From positions 32,001 through 96,000 of IMG/VR virus record IMGVR_UViG_3300031952_000004: a DNA stretch of 64,000 nt; one strand, written 5' to 3'. Below are positions 8,848 through 18,531 of the stretch, one piece after another (positions within the stretch are counted from its first letter, which is position 1; every line of letters begins with the position of its first letter). The notes below the pieces were generated by a model that saw only the letters and a program-made list of their open reading frames with translations, was not told the DNA's origin and ran no database searches. The translations under genes and the position numbers were made by a program. This DNA comes from a virus.

Positions 8848-9486
8848 GTGCCTTTAAAAGATTTACAAGCAAGAAAAGAATATAACAGAATGTATCGTAA
8901 GACCCATAGAGAACTACGTAAAAAATGGGCAGAGTCTTATCGTGAAAGGCATAAAGAATACGATAAAAAATATCGTAAAAATAATGTAGAACGAAAACAT
9001 AAATATGATAAGGATTATTATAAAAATAATAAAAAAAGAATTTTAAAAAGAAATAAAATTTATTTTATAAATAACAAAGAAAAAATTAATCAAAATAATC
9101 GAAATTGGTATCAGCTAAATAAAGAAAAAGTAAAGAAATATGTTAGAAAATATAATTATAATAAATATATTATCGATATTAATTATCGAATAAGATGTAA
9201 TTTAAGACATAGGATTTGGGGTGCTTTAAAATATAATTATAAATCTATTTCTACAATGATTTTAATCGGATGTTCTTTGAAAAAATTAAAACAGCATTTA
9301 AAATCTCAATTTTTAGAAGGCATGTCTTGGAACAACTACGGTAAATGGCATATAGACCATATCAGACCTTGTGCTTCGTTTGATTTAAGTAAACCTAAAG
9401 AACAAAAGAAATGTTTTAATTATACAAACTTACAACCTTTATGGGCGAAAGATAATTTAAGAAAGAAGGATAAATATGATAGGTAA
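8848..9486 (+). CDS. HNH homing endonuclease, family A
   Basis: WHIDHIRPCASFDLS...NLQPLWAKDNL; GTG start with GGGAG SD. Confidence 0.8.
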   Translation: MPLKDLQARKEYNRMYRKTHRELRKKWAESYRERHKEYDKKYRKNNVERKHKYDKDYYKNNKKRILKRNKIYFINNKEKINQNNRNWYQLNKEKVKKYVRKYNYNKYIIDINYRIRCNLRHRIWGALKYNYKSISTMILIGCSLKKLKQHLKSQFLEGMSWNNYGKWHIDHIRPCASFDLSKPKEQKKCFNYTNLQPLWAKDNLRKKDKYDR

Positions 9487-10513
9487 AATTACTCATTGGT
9501 CGAATTGGGCTCCTCGTAGGTCTGGGTTATACGAATGTACGAGAGACCAAATTTTTTATGAGAGAAAACAAGGAATTGATTCTCGTCTCGCAATTACAGA
9601 AACTGAGAATCCTCCAGAAACAATGGTTGATGATTGGTTAAGACCGATTTCATGGAAAGAAACTGAAGATTCAATTTTATTCGTAATTCATAGAGGTCTT
9701 CCTAAAGAATTAGAAGATTTAAAAAAGCCAAACATTATGATTATACATGGTAATGTAGAATTTCTTGTTCTTGAAGAAATTTTTAGTCATGCAGAAAAGC
9801 AAGCAATCAATACTCACGTGAATTTAATTTCTGGGTGTAATGCTTCTGTTTCAGTTAATCGACATGACTACGATATATATAAACTTTATGACCCAAAAGA
9901 TAAATTAACTATAATCCATGATGCCATAGATATTGAAAGATATACTGCCGAAGGTAATCAATATCCTTATTTTCATCATCCTCAAATATTGTGGGCAGAT
10001 TCATTAAGACCTACAAAGTTTCCAATGCATATTATTTGGGCTATGAATGAAATTGTTAAACAAATACCAAATGCGAGATTAACAATTGTTGGATTAGATT
10101 TATTAAGTATTTTAACATTTCGAAATTTAATTTTACGTAGTCCTAATCAACATCTTGCAGCCAACATAGAGAATATTCAATTTTTGACAAACGATAATCC
10201 TTCTTATTTTAGAGGAGCCGATATTTTGTTTAATTCTAATATAGCAGGTATTCCGTCAAGAGTCGAACTCGAGGCTATGGCGTGTGGTTGTCAAGTAGTT
10301 GGTTATGGAGATTTTACGAAGTGGACAGCAAAACCCTTTGATATTAAATCAATCGCAGAACAGATAATAAAATGTTGGGAATCTATAAAAGATAGAAAAG
10401 AAGAAGCAAGACAAGAAGCAAGACAATACGTATTAGACAATCACAATATGGAAAAACAAGTAAAAGAGAAATATATTCCTTTATATAATAAGATTCTTTC
10501 GGAGAAAAAATAA
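9476..10513 (+). CDS. GT-B fold glycosyltransferase (GT4-like)
   Basis: IIHG, IIHDAIDIERY, PNARLTIVG, ADILF...LEAMACGCQVV. Confidence 0.8.
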   Translation: MIGKITHWSNWAPRRSGLYECTRDQIFYERKQGIDSRLAITETENPPETMVDDWLRPISWKETEDSILFVIHRGLPKELEDLKKPNIMIIHGNVEFLVLEEIFSHAEKQAINTHVNLISGCNASVSVNRHDYDIYKLYDPKDKLTIIHDAIDIERYTAEGNQYPYFHHPQILWADSLRPTKFPMHIIWAMNEIVKQIPNARLTIVGLDLLSILTFRNLILRSPNQHLAANIENIQFLTNDNPSYFRGADILFNSNIAGIPSRVELEAMACGCQVVGYGDFTKWTAKPFDIKSIAEQIIKCWESIKDRKEEARQEARQYVLDNHNMEKQVKEKYIPLYNKILSEKK

Positions 10514-10516
10514 AAT

Positions 10517-11140
10517 ATGATTAGAAAAGAGTATAATAAAATTTATTATCAAAAACATAGAAAAAAAATATTAAAAAGATTAAAAAAATATCAAAAAACT
10601 CATAAACAACAATATAAAGAATATTATGAAAAAAATAGAATAAAAATATTGAAACAACATAGACAATATATAAAGAATCATCAAGAACAAAGAAAAGAAT
10701 ATATGAAAGAATATAATCAAGAATACAATTTAAAATATAAATCAAAAAGAAAGAAATATAATAAAAAATATAAAAAATTAAATAGAAAACAAATTAATAA
10801 TAGAGAAAGATTTTTATATAAAACAGATATTAATTATAAATTAGCTAAAAATTTAAGAAATAGATTGGGACAAGTAATAAAAAATAATTCTAAATTTATT
10901 TCTGTTATAAAATTAATTGGTTGCTCTGTTAAATTTTTAAAACAATATTTAGAATTACAATTCGAACCAAGTATGACCTGGAATAATTACGGTAAATGGC
11001 ATGTAGACCATATCAGACCTTGTGCAAGTTTTGATTTAAGTAAAGAATCTGAACAAAAGAAATGTTTTCATTATACCAATCTTCAACCTTTATGGGCTAA
11101 AGAAAATATCAGTAAAGGGAGCAAAGAAAAATGGGAATAA
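10517..11140 (+). CDS. HNH homing endonuclease, family A
   Basis: WHVDHIRPCASFDLS...NLQPLWAKENISK. Confidence 0.8.
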   Translation: MIRKEYNKIYYQKHRKKILKRLKKYQKTHKQQYKEYYEKNRIKILKQHRQYIKNHQEQRKEYMKEYNQEYNLKYKSKRKKYNKKYKKLNRKQINNRERFLYKTDINYKLAKNLRNRLGQVIKNNSKFISVIKLIGCSVKFLKQYLELQFEPSMTWNNYGKWHVDHIRPCASFDLSKESEQKKCFHYTNLQPLWAKENISKGSKEKWE

Positions 11141-11652
11141 ATACCCAAACATTATATCAATTAAGTACTAATACTTGGAAAAAAATATATGAAACTACTT
11201 TAACAGATGCAGCAACAAGTGTAACTATATCTTCTTTAGATGGAAATACTGATGAAGAATATAGATTAATAATAAGAGCTACAAATTCAAACATATCTGA
11301 TTCGAATATAGGTATAAGACCAAATAACGATTCTGGTAGTAATTATGGTTATCAATATTTATACGGAAATGATACTACAATAGGTGCAGCAAGAACTACA
11401 TTTAATTATTTTAGATTAGGTGCTTATTTTTATAGAAATTTTAGCGATACCTTAATTCACGCTAAAAGCGGTTATGTAAGAACTGCTATTACCACATATC
11501 TTACAAAGGATGAAAGTACTATATTTATAATAGGTACATTCGGTCAAGTATGGAATAATACAGCCGATAATATAACATCAGTGGTTATTGTGTCCGATGC
11601 AACAAATGGTTTAGGAATAGGTACAGTAATAGAATTGTGGAAAAAAATTTAA
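11131..11652 (+). CDS. virion beta-sandwich protein (one copy of the SLDGNTD/KSGYVRT domain)
   Basis: the same domain is repeated twice in 11665..13674. Confidence 0.65.
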   Translation: MGINTQTLYQLSTNTWKKIYETTLTDAATSVTISSLDGNTDEEYRLIIRATNSNISDSNIGIRPNNDSGSNYGYQYLYGNDTTIGAARTTFNYFRLGAYFYRNFSDTLIHAKSGYVRTAITTYLTKDESTIFIIGTFGQVWNNTADNITSVVIVSDATNGLGIGTVIELWKKI

Positions 11653-11664
11653 AGAGGAATAATT

Positions 11665-13674
11665 ATGTCTATTCAACAATTAAAAGGCTTCATTAATAAC
11701 GATTATAAAACAATTTATGATAGTGGAGAATTAGTTTTAAAAGAATTAGATTATATGGAGTATTCTTCGGACGCAAATGCTCAGGCTGCGTATGTAAATG
11801 GTACTAAGACTACTAATGTTATAAGCAATGCTGTTACCGAAACAGGTTCTGGAGGATTGGGAGATTGGGATAATCAAGAATATCGTTCTGCCCAGATTTT
11901 CACATTAACTACTCCTACTACAATAATAAGTTTTCAAGTAAGACTATATAATGGTCAAGGGGTAACAGGGAATATAGTAGGTAGGATAGAAACTACAAGT
12001 GGTGGTTTTCCTACTGGAACTTTAGCCAATGCTAATCTGACAAAAGTTATTGTTCCTACTGGGGCATTACAAACTGTTACATTTGATACTCCTGCAACTT
12101 TAGCTGCAGGAACTTATGCCTTAAAAATAAATTGTGATAATCAAGCACAGGGTATACATCTTTCTGTAGCGTGGTCTGGTGATAATATTCCAAATTCAAA
12201 TGCTCAACAATCTGTTGATGGTGTTTGGAATAATTATGCTAACAGCGATTTCTGTATGCTTCTTACGGTTGAAGCCCTGCAATGTTTTTCCGAATCCACT
12301 ATTAAAACTCAAGGTTCTTATTCTCTTGGAGTGAGTGCTTATAAGACGGATAGTTTAAATGAAACTCTTACTCGCACAGTCTCACCAACAATAAATTTAA
12401 CAGGAGTAAATACTCTTAAATTTGATATTTATGCTTTAAGGACTGGAGCAAATATAAAAATAGGTATACATGATTCAGGTGGAACCACTACCGAAAAAAC
12501 CTATACAGTATTAGTGGCAAATACTTGGGAAACTGTAACTTGGGATATATCAGGAGTTAGCGATGCAAATAAAGATGCAATAGATTCTATTATAATTACA
12601 ATAGTAAATGCCGATGCAGCAAATACATTTTATATAGATAATTTTTATATGGATATTGCAGGAACTGTAAGAGGAACATCTTTAACTATTTCAGGATTAG
12701 ATGGAAATACTGATGAAGAATATATTTTAATTTGTCGTTTTATTGACGACGATACCACAGGTGGTTATTATCTTCGTTTTAATAACGATAGCGGAAATAA
12801 TTATGGTTATCAATATATAAAAGGTTCATCTTCTACTGCATCAGCAGTAAGAGATACATCAGAAGCACAAATAGATTTAGGTTATACTAATACAGATGGT
12901 AATATTTGTTTTTCTAAACATTTAATTCATGTTAAAAGTGGTTATGTGAGAACAGTAATAAGTGAATCAGCAGAAGACATAGCAACGACCACAGTAACAA
13001 ACATTAAAGAAATAGGTCAAGTTTGGAATAATACAGTCGATAATATAACATCAATAGTTATTGGTGCATTAAATGATAAAATAAATATTGGTTCAAGAAT
13101 TATTCTTCTAAAAAAAGCAAATATAATTGGTTCTGGTTCTGGAATAAAAAATATAATAGCTGGTACAAGAAAAGGAAGTTGGGAAAGAATTTATTCTACT
13201 ACTTTAACAGAAGCAGCAACAAGTGTAACTATATCTTCTTTAGATGGTAATACAGATATTTTATATAGATTGAGAGTAAGAGGAATAGGAGTTAGACCAG
13301 ATACTAATGTAATTGATGTATTAGCAAATGGAATAACGAGTGCTGTTTATGGTTATCAATATGTGTCAGGAAATAATGATACTGTTGCTTCATCAAGAGG
13401 TACTGGAGAAACAGAGTGGAGGGCAGCTTACTTTTCAGATAATAAACAATGTATGTTTGAAACTTTAATTTATGCTAAATCTGGTTATGTAAGAACTGCT
13501 TTATCTACTTCGATTAGGGATATATCTGGAACTACAATAACTGCAATATATCAGTATGGATTTGTTTGGAATAATACAGTAGATAATCTCACTTCTTTAG
13601 TGTTAATAAGTCCTTATGGTTCTTATATAGGTATAGGTACATATATAATTTTAGAAAAATTAGTTTTATCATAA
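11665..13674 (+). CDS. multi-domain virion receptor-binding/decoration protein
   Basis: two SLDGNTD/KSGYVRT domains plus an inserted carbohydrate-binding-like region ending FYIDNF. Confidence 0.65.
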   Translation: MSIQQLKGFINNDYKTIYDSGELVLKELDYMEYSSDANAQAAYVNGTKTTNVISNAVTETGSGGLGDWDNQEYRSAQIFTLTTPTTIISFQVRLYNGQGVTGNIVGRIETTSGGFPTGTLANANLTKVIVPTGALQTVTFDTPATLAAGTYALKINCDNQAQGIHLSVAWSGDNIPNSNAQQSVDGVWNNYANSDFCMLLTVEALQCFSESTIKTQGSYSLGVSAYKTDSLNETLTRTVSPTINLTGVNTLKFDIYALRTGANIKIGIHDSGGTTTEKTYTVLVANTWETVTWDISGVSDANKDAIDSIIITIVNADAANTFYIDNFYMDIAGTVRGTSLTISGLDGNTDEEYILICRFIDDDTTGGYYLRFNNDSGNNYGYQYIKGSSSTASAVRDTSEAQIDLGYTNTDGNICFSKHLIHVKSGYVRTVISESAEDIATTTVTNIKEIGQVWNNTVDNITSIVIGALNDKINIGSRIILLKKANIIGSGSGIKNIIAGTRKGSWERIYSTTLTEAATSVTISSLDGNTDILYRLRVRGIGVRPDTNVIDVLANGITSAVYGYQYVSGNNDTVASSRGTGETEWRAAYFSDNKQCMFETLIYAKSGYVRTALSTSIRDISGTTITAIYQYGFVWNNTVDNLTSLVLISPYGSYIGIGTYIILEKLVLS

Positions 13675-13689
13675 AAAGGAGAAATAAAA

Positions 13690-13989
13690 ATGAGTATTAG
13701 ATTAAATAATTGCAATTGCAATTGCATGTTTGAAGAAATTAAAAATAATGTTGAAGATTCTACTGCTAAAGGTTATGTTTTAGTTTCTGAATGTAACGAT
13801 TGTAAAACTAAAAGAGAAACAAATGCAATCGAATCTGCTAAACAAAATCGTAAACAAGAAATTATAAATGAACTTAATGAATTAGATAAGAAAGTAATTC
13901 GACCTCTTTTAGATGGCGAAATAATAAGAGTTAACGAAATAAAAGCACAAAAAGTAGTATTAAGAGAAGAATTAAATCTCTTAGGATAG
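13690..13989 (+). CDS. small protein, possible fibre assembly chaperone
   Basis: C-terminal ELNELDKKVIRPL...LREEL pattern typical of fibre chaperones; Cys-rich N-terminus. Confidence 0.5.
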   Translation: MSIRLNNCNCNCMFEEIKNNVEDSTAKGYVLVSECNDCKTKRETNAIESAKQNRKQEIINELNELDKKVIRPLLDGEIIRVNEIKAQKVVLREELNLLG

Positions 13990-14004
13990 AAAGGAGTAAA
14001 TATA

Positions 14005-15963
14005 ATGGCTAATTCGGGATTAGGAGACGGACTTTTTTCAGCTTTTATTAATTGGCTTTACACAACTGGTGATATTTCAGTTCCACCTGATTTTCATAGT
14101 CGCTGCGAAAAAATTAAAGGAATGATAGATAACGATATTTCGGGGGTTATAAATACAGTTTTAGATTATTCTATTTCTTCTGCTTCTAATGCACAATATA
14201 AAATAGAATGTAGCGATAATAATTTACAAAAATTATTAAATACTTGGTTACAAAAAATTAATTTAGAACTAAAGGGAGTCCCCACAGGATTACAAGAACT
14301 CTCAAAAGAATATTTTAAAGAAAGATGGCAGGGTTCTTCTTTATGTTTATTAAGAATAAAAGGTTGGGAAACTTTAACTATAGATAAAAATACAATAGAA
14401 GTACCTACTATTATGTGGTATGTTAATGGTTCTTCAGTATATGTAAAAAGAGATGCCGACAGTAATTATAAATTAGGTTCAGATATTTATTATTTAGATA
14501 AAGAACATAAAGTAAAAGTTCCAGAAGGAAATAAAGAAGAGATAATAATGCAAAAACCATTTGATAGGTGGTTTGACCAATATGCTACTCCTTATTTAAT
14601 TCGTAAAGGAGTATATAAAAATTGGTTAACAATGAAAGTTTTACAAGAAAAATCTGACGAAGTTATTTCTAAAATTTTACCTTACTTATTTATAATTAAA
14701 AAAGGAACAGAAAGATTATTTATAGAAGGCGATATTAGTTACGATGACCCAGATTTAAAAAAAGTAGTAGATGGATTAAAAGAACAATTAGAATCTTATA
14801 AAAATCAAAAAAGTAAAACTCCTACAAATGCTACTACATTTGATACTGAATATGACCATTTAATTCCCGATTTAAGAAAAATTTTGACAGAAGACCTTTA
14901 TAAACAGGGTTTTCGTTTAATTTTATCAGGATTGGGATTTGTTGACATGTTAGAAATTGCTTCTTCAAGACAGGAAAGTAGAATAAATCCTAAACCATTT
15001 GTAGCAGAAATAAATAATGGTGTAGAAGGTTTTAAGTCTATGTTACTAGATATAGTTTATAAAATTATAGAACGAAATAAAGAAAAACATCCTAAATTAT
15101 TTAGTAACAATAATAAATTATTAATAGTAAATTCTCCTCTAAAAATAAATGTAGAACAAATTTTAGACCAATTAAGAAGCGGTTATATTTATGGAGCAAG
15201 TTCTATTACTACTTACCAAGAAGTATTAGGATTAGACCCCGAAACAGAAAAAGAAAGACGACAAAAAGAATTAGATGAAGGATTAGAAGATTTATTTTAT
15301 CCACATTTAATTCAGAATAGAGAAGATATACCTGATAGAATAATTCCTTCTAAGCCTAAGACAACTAAAAAAGAAACAGAAAAACAAAAAGAAAAAGAAA
15401 CACTTCCAGAACATATGCAAGAAGCAGTTACTCAAGAAGATTTAATGTATCCCCATATAATTAATAATCAAGAAGAAAAAGGAAAAGATACATTTTCTCC
15501 AGCTAAACCTAAAAAAGAAAAAGAAGAAAATGAAGACCAAAATAAAAAGAAAAATACACCAGAAACAAAAACAAAAACTGCTGAATTAGAAGAGAAGCAA
15601 ATAGCAAAATGTAAAAAATGTGGATACGAATTCGATTATCTTTCTGTTCCAGAAGCAGGAATGGGATATATAAAATGTCCTAAATGCGAAGAAGTAGTTA
15701 CACAAGAAGATTTAATTGATTCTTCTTTAATTGAAGATTTAGAGACCGCTCCTTATAAAAATTTAAATGAATTACCTAAATATATAAAAAAAATGACAAT
15801 TGGATGTCAAGAAGTTTTTATGGCAACATTTAATTCTGTTTATGAAGATACTGGAGACGAAGGCAAAAGTTTTGCCATAGCCAATTCTGCTGCTCGTAGA
15901 TGTATGAAGAAGCAAGGTTATAATTATGATAAAGAAACTAAAACTTGGAAAAAGAAAGAATAA
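14005..15963 (+). CDS. portal protein with C-terminal zinc ribbon and ChaB-like domain
   Basis: size and position upstream of protease and capsid; C-terminal PYKNLNELP...FMATFNSVYE...SFAIANSA...W matches the ChaB pattern. Confidence 0.65.
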   Translation: MANSGLGDGLFSAFINWLYTTGDISVPPDFHSRCEKIKGMIDNDISGVINTVLDYSISSASNAQYKIECSDNNLQKLLNTWLQKINLELKGVPTGLQELSKEYFKERWQGSSLCLLRIKGWETLTIDKNTIEVPTIMWYVNGSSVYVKRDADSNYKLGSDIYYLDKEHKVKVPEGNKEEIIMQKPFDRWFDQYATPYLIRKGVYKNWLTMKVLQEKSDEVISKILPYLFIIKKGTERLFIEGDISYDDPDLKKVVDGLKEQLESYKNQKSKTPTNATTFDTEYDHLIPDLRKILTEDLYKQGFRLILSGLGFVDMLEIASSRQESRINPKPFVAEINNGVEGFKSMLLDIVYKIIERNKEKHPKLFSNNNKLLIVNSPLKINVEQILDQLRSGYIYGASSITTYQEVLGLDPETEKERRQKELDEGLEDLFYPHLIQNREDIPDRIIPSKPKTTKKETEKQKEKETLPEHMQEAVTQEDLMYPHIINNQEEKGKDTFSPAKPKKEKEENEDQNKKKNTPETKTKTAELEEKQIAKCKKCGYEFDYLSVPEAGMGYIKCPKCEEVVTQEDLIDSSLIEDLETAPYKNLNELPKYIKKMTIGCQEVFMATFNSVYEDTGDEGKSFAIANSAARRCMKKQGYNYDKETKTWKKKE

Positions 15964-16598
15964 TGAAACATAACAAATGTATAGATTGTAACAAAAATTT
16001 GCATCCACTATCAAAATATCAAGGTTCTATACGATGCAAGTCTTGTGCAAGAAAATATCAATATGCTACAAGACCAGAAACAAATCCATTGTTTGATAAA
16101 AAAGGCAAAAATCATTATCAATGGAAGGGTGGCAAAGATTCGAGAAAATGTTATTGTATAGATTGTAATAAAGAATTAAACGAAAGTGCACATTATAGAA
16201 AAGATAAAAGATGCAAATCTTGTTATTATAAAACATTAAAAGGTGAAGGCAATCCGATGTTTGGAATTCATCGATTTGGAGAAAAAGCTCCTACATGGAT
16301 AGATGGTCGTTCTTTTGAACCTTATACAGAAGAATTTAATTCCGAACTTAAAGAATTAATTCGTGATAGAGACAATCATGAGTGCCAGAATTGTAGTATG
16401 ACCGAAGAAGAGCATTTGATAGTTAGAGGCAGAGTTTTAGATATTCATCATATCGATTACGATAAAAAGAATTGTTCAAAAGAAAATTTGATTACTTTAT
16501 GTAATTTTTGTAATATACGAGCCAATTTTAATAGAGATTATTGGCAAGAACTATTTATGAATAAAATGGAGGAATTATGCAAAACGATAAAAAATTAA
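15963..16598 (+). CDS. HNH homing endonuclease, family B (CxxC repeats)
   Basis: RDNHECQNC...DIHHIDYDKKN...NLITLCNFCN...RDYW; TAATG overlap with the portal stop. Confidence 0.8.
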   Translation: MKHNKCIDCNKNLHPLSKYQGSIRCKSCARKYQYATRPETNPLFDKKGKNHYQWKGGKDSRKCYCIDCNKELNESAHYRKDKRCKSCYYKTLKGEGNPMFGIHRFGEKAPTWIDGRSFEPYTEEFNSELKELIRDRDNHECQNCSMTEEEHLIVRGRVLDIHHIDYDKKNCSKENLITLCNFCNIRANFNRDYWQELFMNKMEELCKTIKN

Positions 16599-18451
16599 TC
16601 GCAGAAGCCCTTTTAGAAATTGCCAAAAAATCTACGACTGAATTTATAGAAGATTCTAAAATTGATAAAGAAATTAAAGATGCTGCAAAGAAAATTGGGA
16701 TTGAATTACCATCTCCAGATATTAGTATTTTTAAGACAGTATATGCAGAAATTGATAAAGTTAATTTGAATGGTGTAATCCTTCCTCGTAAAGCAGTTGA
16801 AGATGGATTAAAAACATTAATTTCTAAACAAGTAAATTTTGAACATGAAGGAGCAGGTCGTGTATGTGGATATACAATAGATGCAAAAATTAATGAAGAT
16901 AAAATAGAAACAATCAATGTTTTTTTTAAATCTCTATTTTTTGACCAATTTGATGAATTAAAAGAAAAAGTAAAATCTGGAGAAGCTGCGGTATCATTTG
17001 AGATTTGGAATAAAGACCCAGAAACAGGAGAGTCGGTAGTTAAAGAATTAAAAAATGGTTTTAAAGAAATCTCACCAATTATTTTTCATGGTACGGGATT
17101 ACTATTAATTAATTCACCTGCTTGCCCAAAGGCAAAGGTATTTCATCTTGTTGCGAATAAGGAAATTCAAGAAGCAGAAAAAATTGTTAATAAAATATTT
17201 GATGAGAATTTAATTTATGCTTCTTTTGCTATAACAGATTCAAAATGTAAAAACTGTGGTATTTGTATATGCGGAAAAGAAGTAAAAGTAATAATAAAAC
17301 AGATAGAATCTAAAGAATGGATTTGCCCTTATTGTGAAAAAGAAATAGGGGAAAAAGAATTATTTTTGGATGAAAAAACCAATAAATGGTATCATCGACC
17401 TTGTCAAGAAAAGGGAGAAATAATTCTACCAAAAGAAACTGCAAAAGAAAAGGAGGAACAAAAAGTGGAATTAGAAAAATTATATGCTAACGTTACAAAA
17501 GAAGAAGATATTACTTTCGAAATTGCTATGACATTTTATTATTCTACAGAGGAAGAGCAAAAAACATTGACAGAAGATGCTGCAAAATGGACTCGTAAGT
17601 TCATTAATAGCTTACCTGATTCAGCATTTGCTGCAATTGAACCTGCTTATCCTGAAAAATTAGAAGATAAAAATTGTAGACATCTTCCTCATCATAATGG
17701 CGAAGGTGATTTAGGGAAAGACAAATCAAATGCGAATTTAGATTTGCCCCATTATAAAAATGCTTTAGCAAGAGTAAGTCAAATTAAACCAGTTAGTGAT
17801 TCTATTTCTGCCGAAGATTTAATAAATAAAGCAAGTTCTCATTTAGAAAGGCATAAGGATGTTTTAGAAAAATCTTCCGAAGAACCTAAGACTGAAGTTA
17901 AACCAGACGAAACCAAGCCAGTAGATGCTGGTGCTGAAACGAAACCTGTGGAAACTGAAGTCAAAAAAGAAATAGCACAACCTTTAGAAGTTATTGAACC
18001 AAAAATAGTAGTTAAAGTTACTCGTAGTTATACTGATGTTTCTGTAGACACTTATGTCGATGGAACTCCATCTGGAACTTCTCAAGGAAAAACTACTTCA
18101 AAAATTATAACAGAGTATAAAGATGGAACTCAAGATGTGGTTGAATCAGAATCAGAATATAAAAGAAAATATGACCTTGCTGAGCTAGAAGAAGCAGTAA
18201 ATTCTGCCAAAGCCGAAAAGGATACAGAAATTGCTACTTTGAAAGCTGAACAAGATAAAGTTTTACAAGAAAAAGATAAAGAAATTAATACTATCAAAAC
18301 AGAACTTGAGCAGAAGTCTCAAGAGATTGAAAAGGCAAAAGTCGAAGACAAAAAGACGGATGACCTTACTGTAGGTACTGTTGAAGTAAAAGATAATTAT
18401 CAAATCAAAAGAGAAGGTATAGATAATAGAGCTTTTGGAAAAAAGAAATAA
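16577..18451 (+). CDS. prohead protease-scaffold fusion
   Basis: VNLNG, NFEH, VSFE motifs of HK97-type proteases; acidic coiled-coil C-terminus; directly precedes the capsid gene. Confidence 0.7.
   Translation: MQNDKKLIAEALLEIAKKSTTEFIEDSKIDKEIKDAAKKIGIELPSPDISIFKTVYAEIDKVNLNGVILPRKAVEDGLKTLISKQVNFEHEGAGRVCGYTIDAKINEDKIETINVFFKSLFFDQFDELKEKVKSGEAAVSFEIWNKDPETGESVVKELKNGFKEISPIIFHGTGLLLINSPACPKAKVFHLVANKEIQEAEKIVNKIFDENLIYASFAITDSKCKNCGICICGKEVKVIIKQIESKEWICPYCEKEIGEKELFLDEKTNKWYHRPCQEKGEIILPKETAKEKEEQKVELEKLYANVTKEEDITFEIAMTFYYSTEEEQKTLTEDAAKWTRKFINSLPDSAFAAIEPAYPEKLEDKNCRHLPHHNGEGDLGKDKSNANLDLPHYKNALARVSQIKPVSDSISAEDLINKASSHLERHKDVLEKSSEEPKTEVKPDETKPVDAGAETKPVETEVKKEIAQPLEVIEPKIVVKVTRSYTDVSVDTYVDGTPSGTSQGKTTSKIITEYKDGTQDVVESESEYKRKYDLAELEEAVNSAKAEKDTEIATLKAEQDKVLQEKDKEINTIKTELEQKSQEIEKAKVEDKKTDDLTVGTVEVKDNYQIKREGIDNRAFGKKK
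17465..18451 (+). CDS. nested in-frame scaffolding protein (internal start)
   Basis: AAGGAGG (17450-17456), 8 nt, then in-frame GTG at codon 297. Confidence 0.55.
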   Translation: MELEKLYANVTKEEDITFEIAMTFYYSTEEEQKTLTEDAAKWTRKFINSLPDSAFAAIEPAYPEKLEDKNCRHLPHHNGEGDLGKDKSNANLDLPHYKNALARVSQIKPVSDSISAEDLINKASSHLERHKDVLEKSSEEPKTEVKPDETKPVDAGAETKPVETEVKKEIAQPLEVIEPKIVVKVTRSYTDVSVDTYVDGTPSGTSQGKTTSKIITEYKDGTQDVVESESEYKRKYDLAELEEAVNSAKAEKDTEIATLKAEQDKVLQEKDKEINTIKTELEQKSQEIEKAKVEDKKTDDLTVGTVEVKDNYQIKREGIDNRAFGKKK

Positions 18452-18531
18452 AAAAAGCAAAAGACATAAGTCTAGCTTAAAAGATAGTAACAAAAAACGA
18501 AACAATCGATAAAAAAATAGGAGAAATAAAA

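Noticed and set aside
11131-13674. Diversity-generating retroelement template/variable repeat pair
   Set aside because: Differences between copies are not adenine-specific, all copies are coding, and there is no reverse transcriptase in the window
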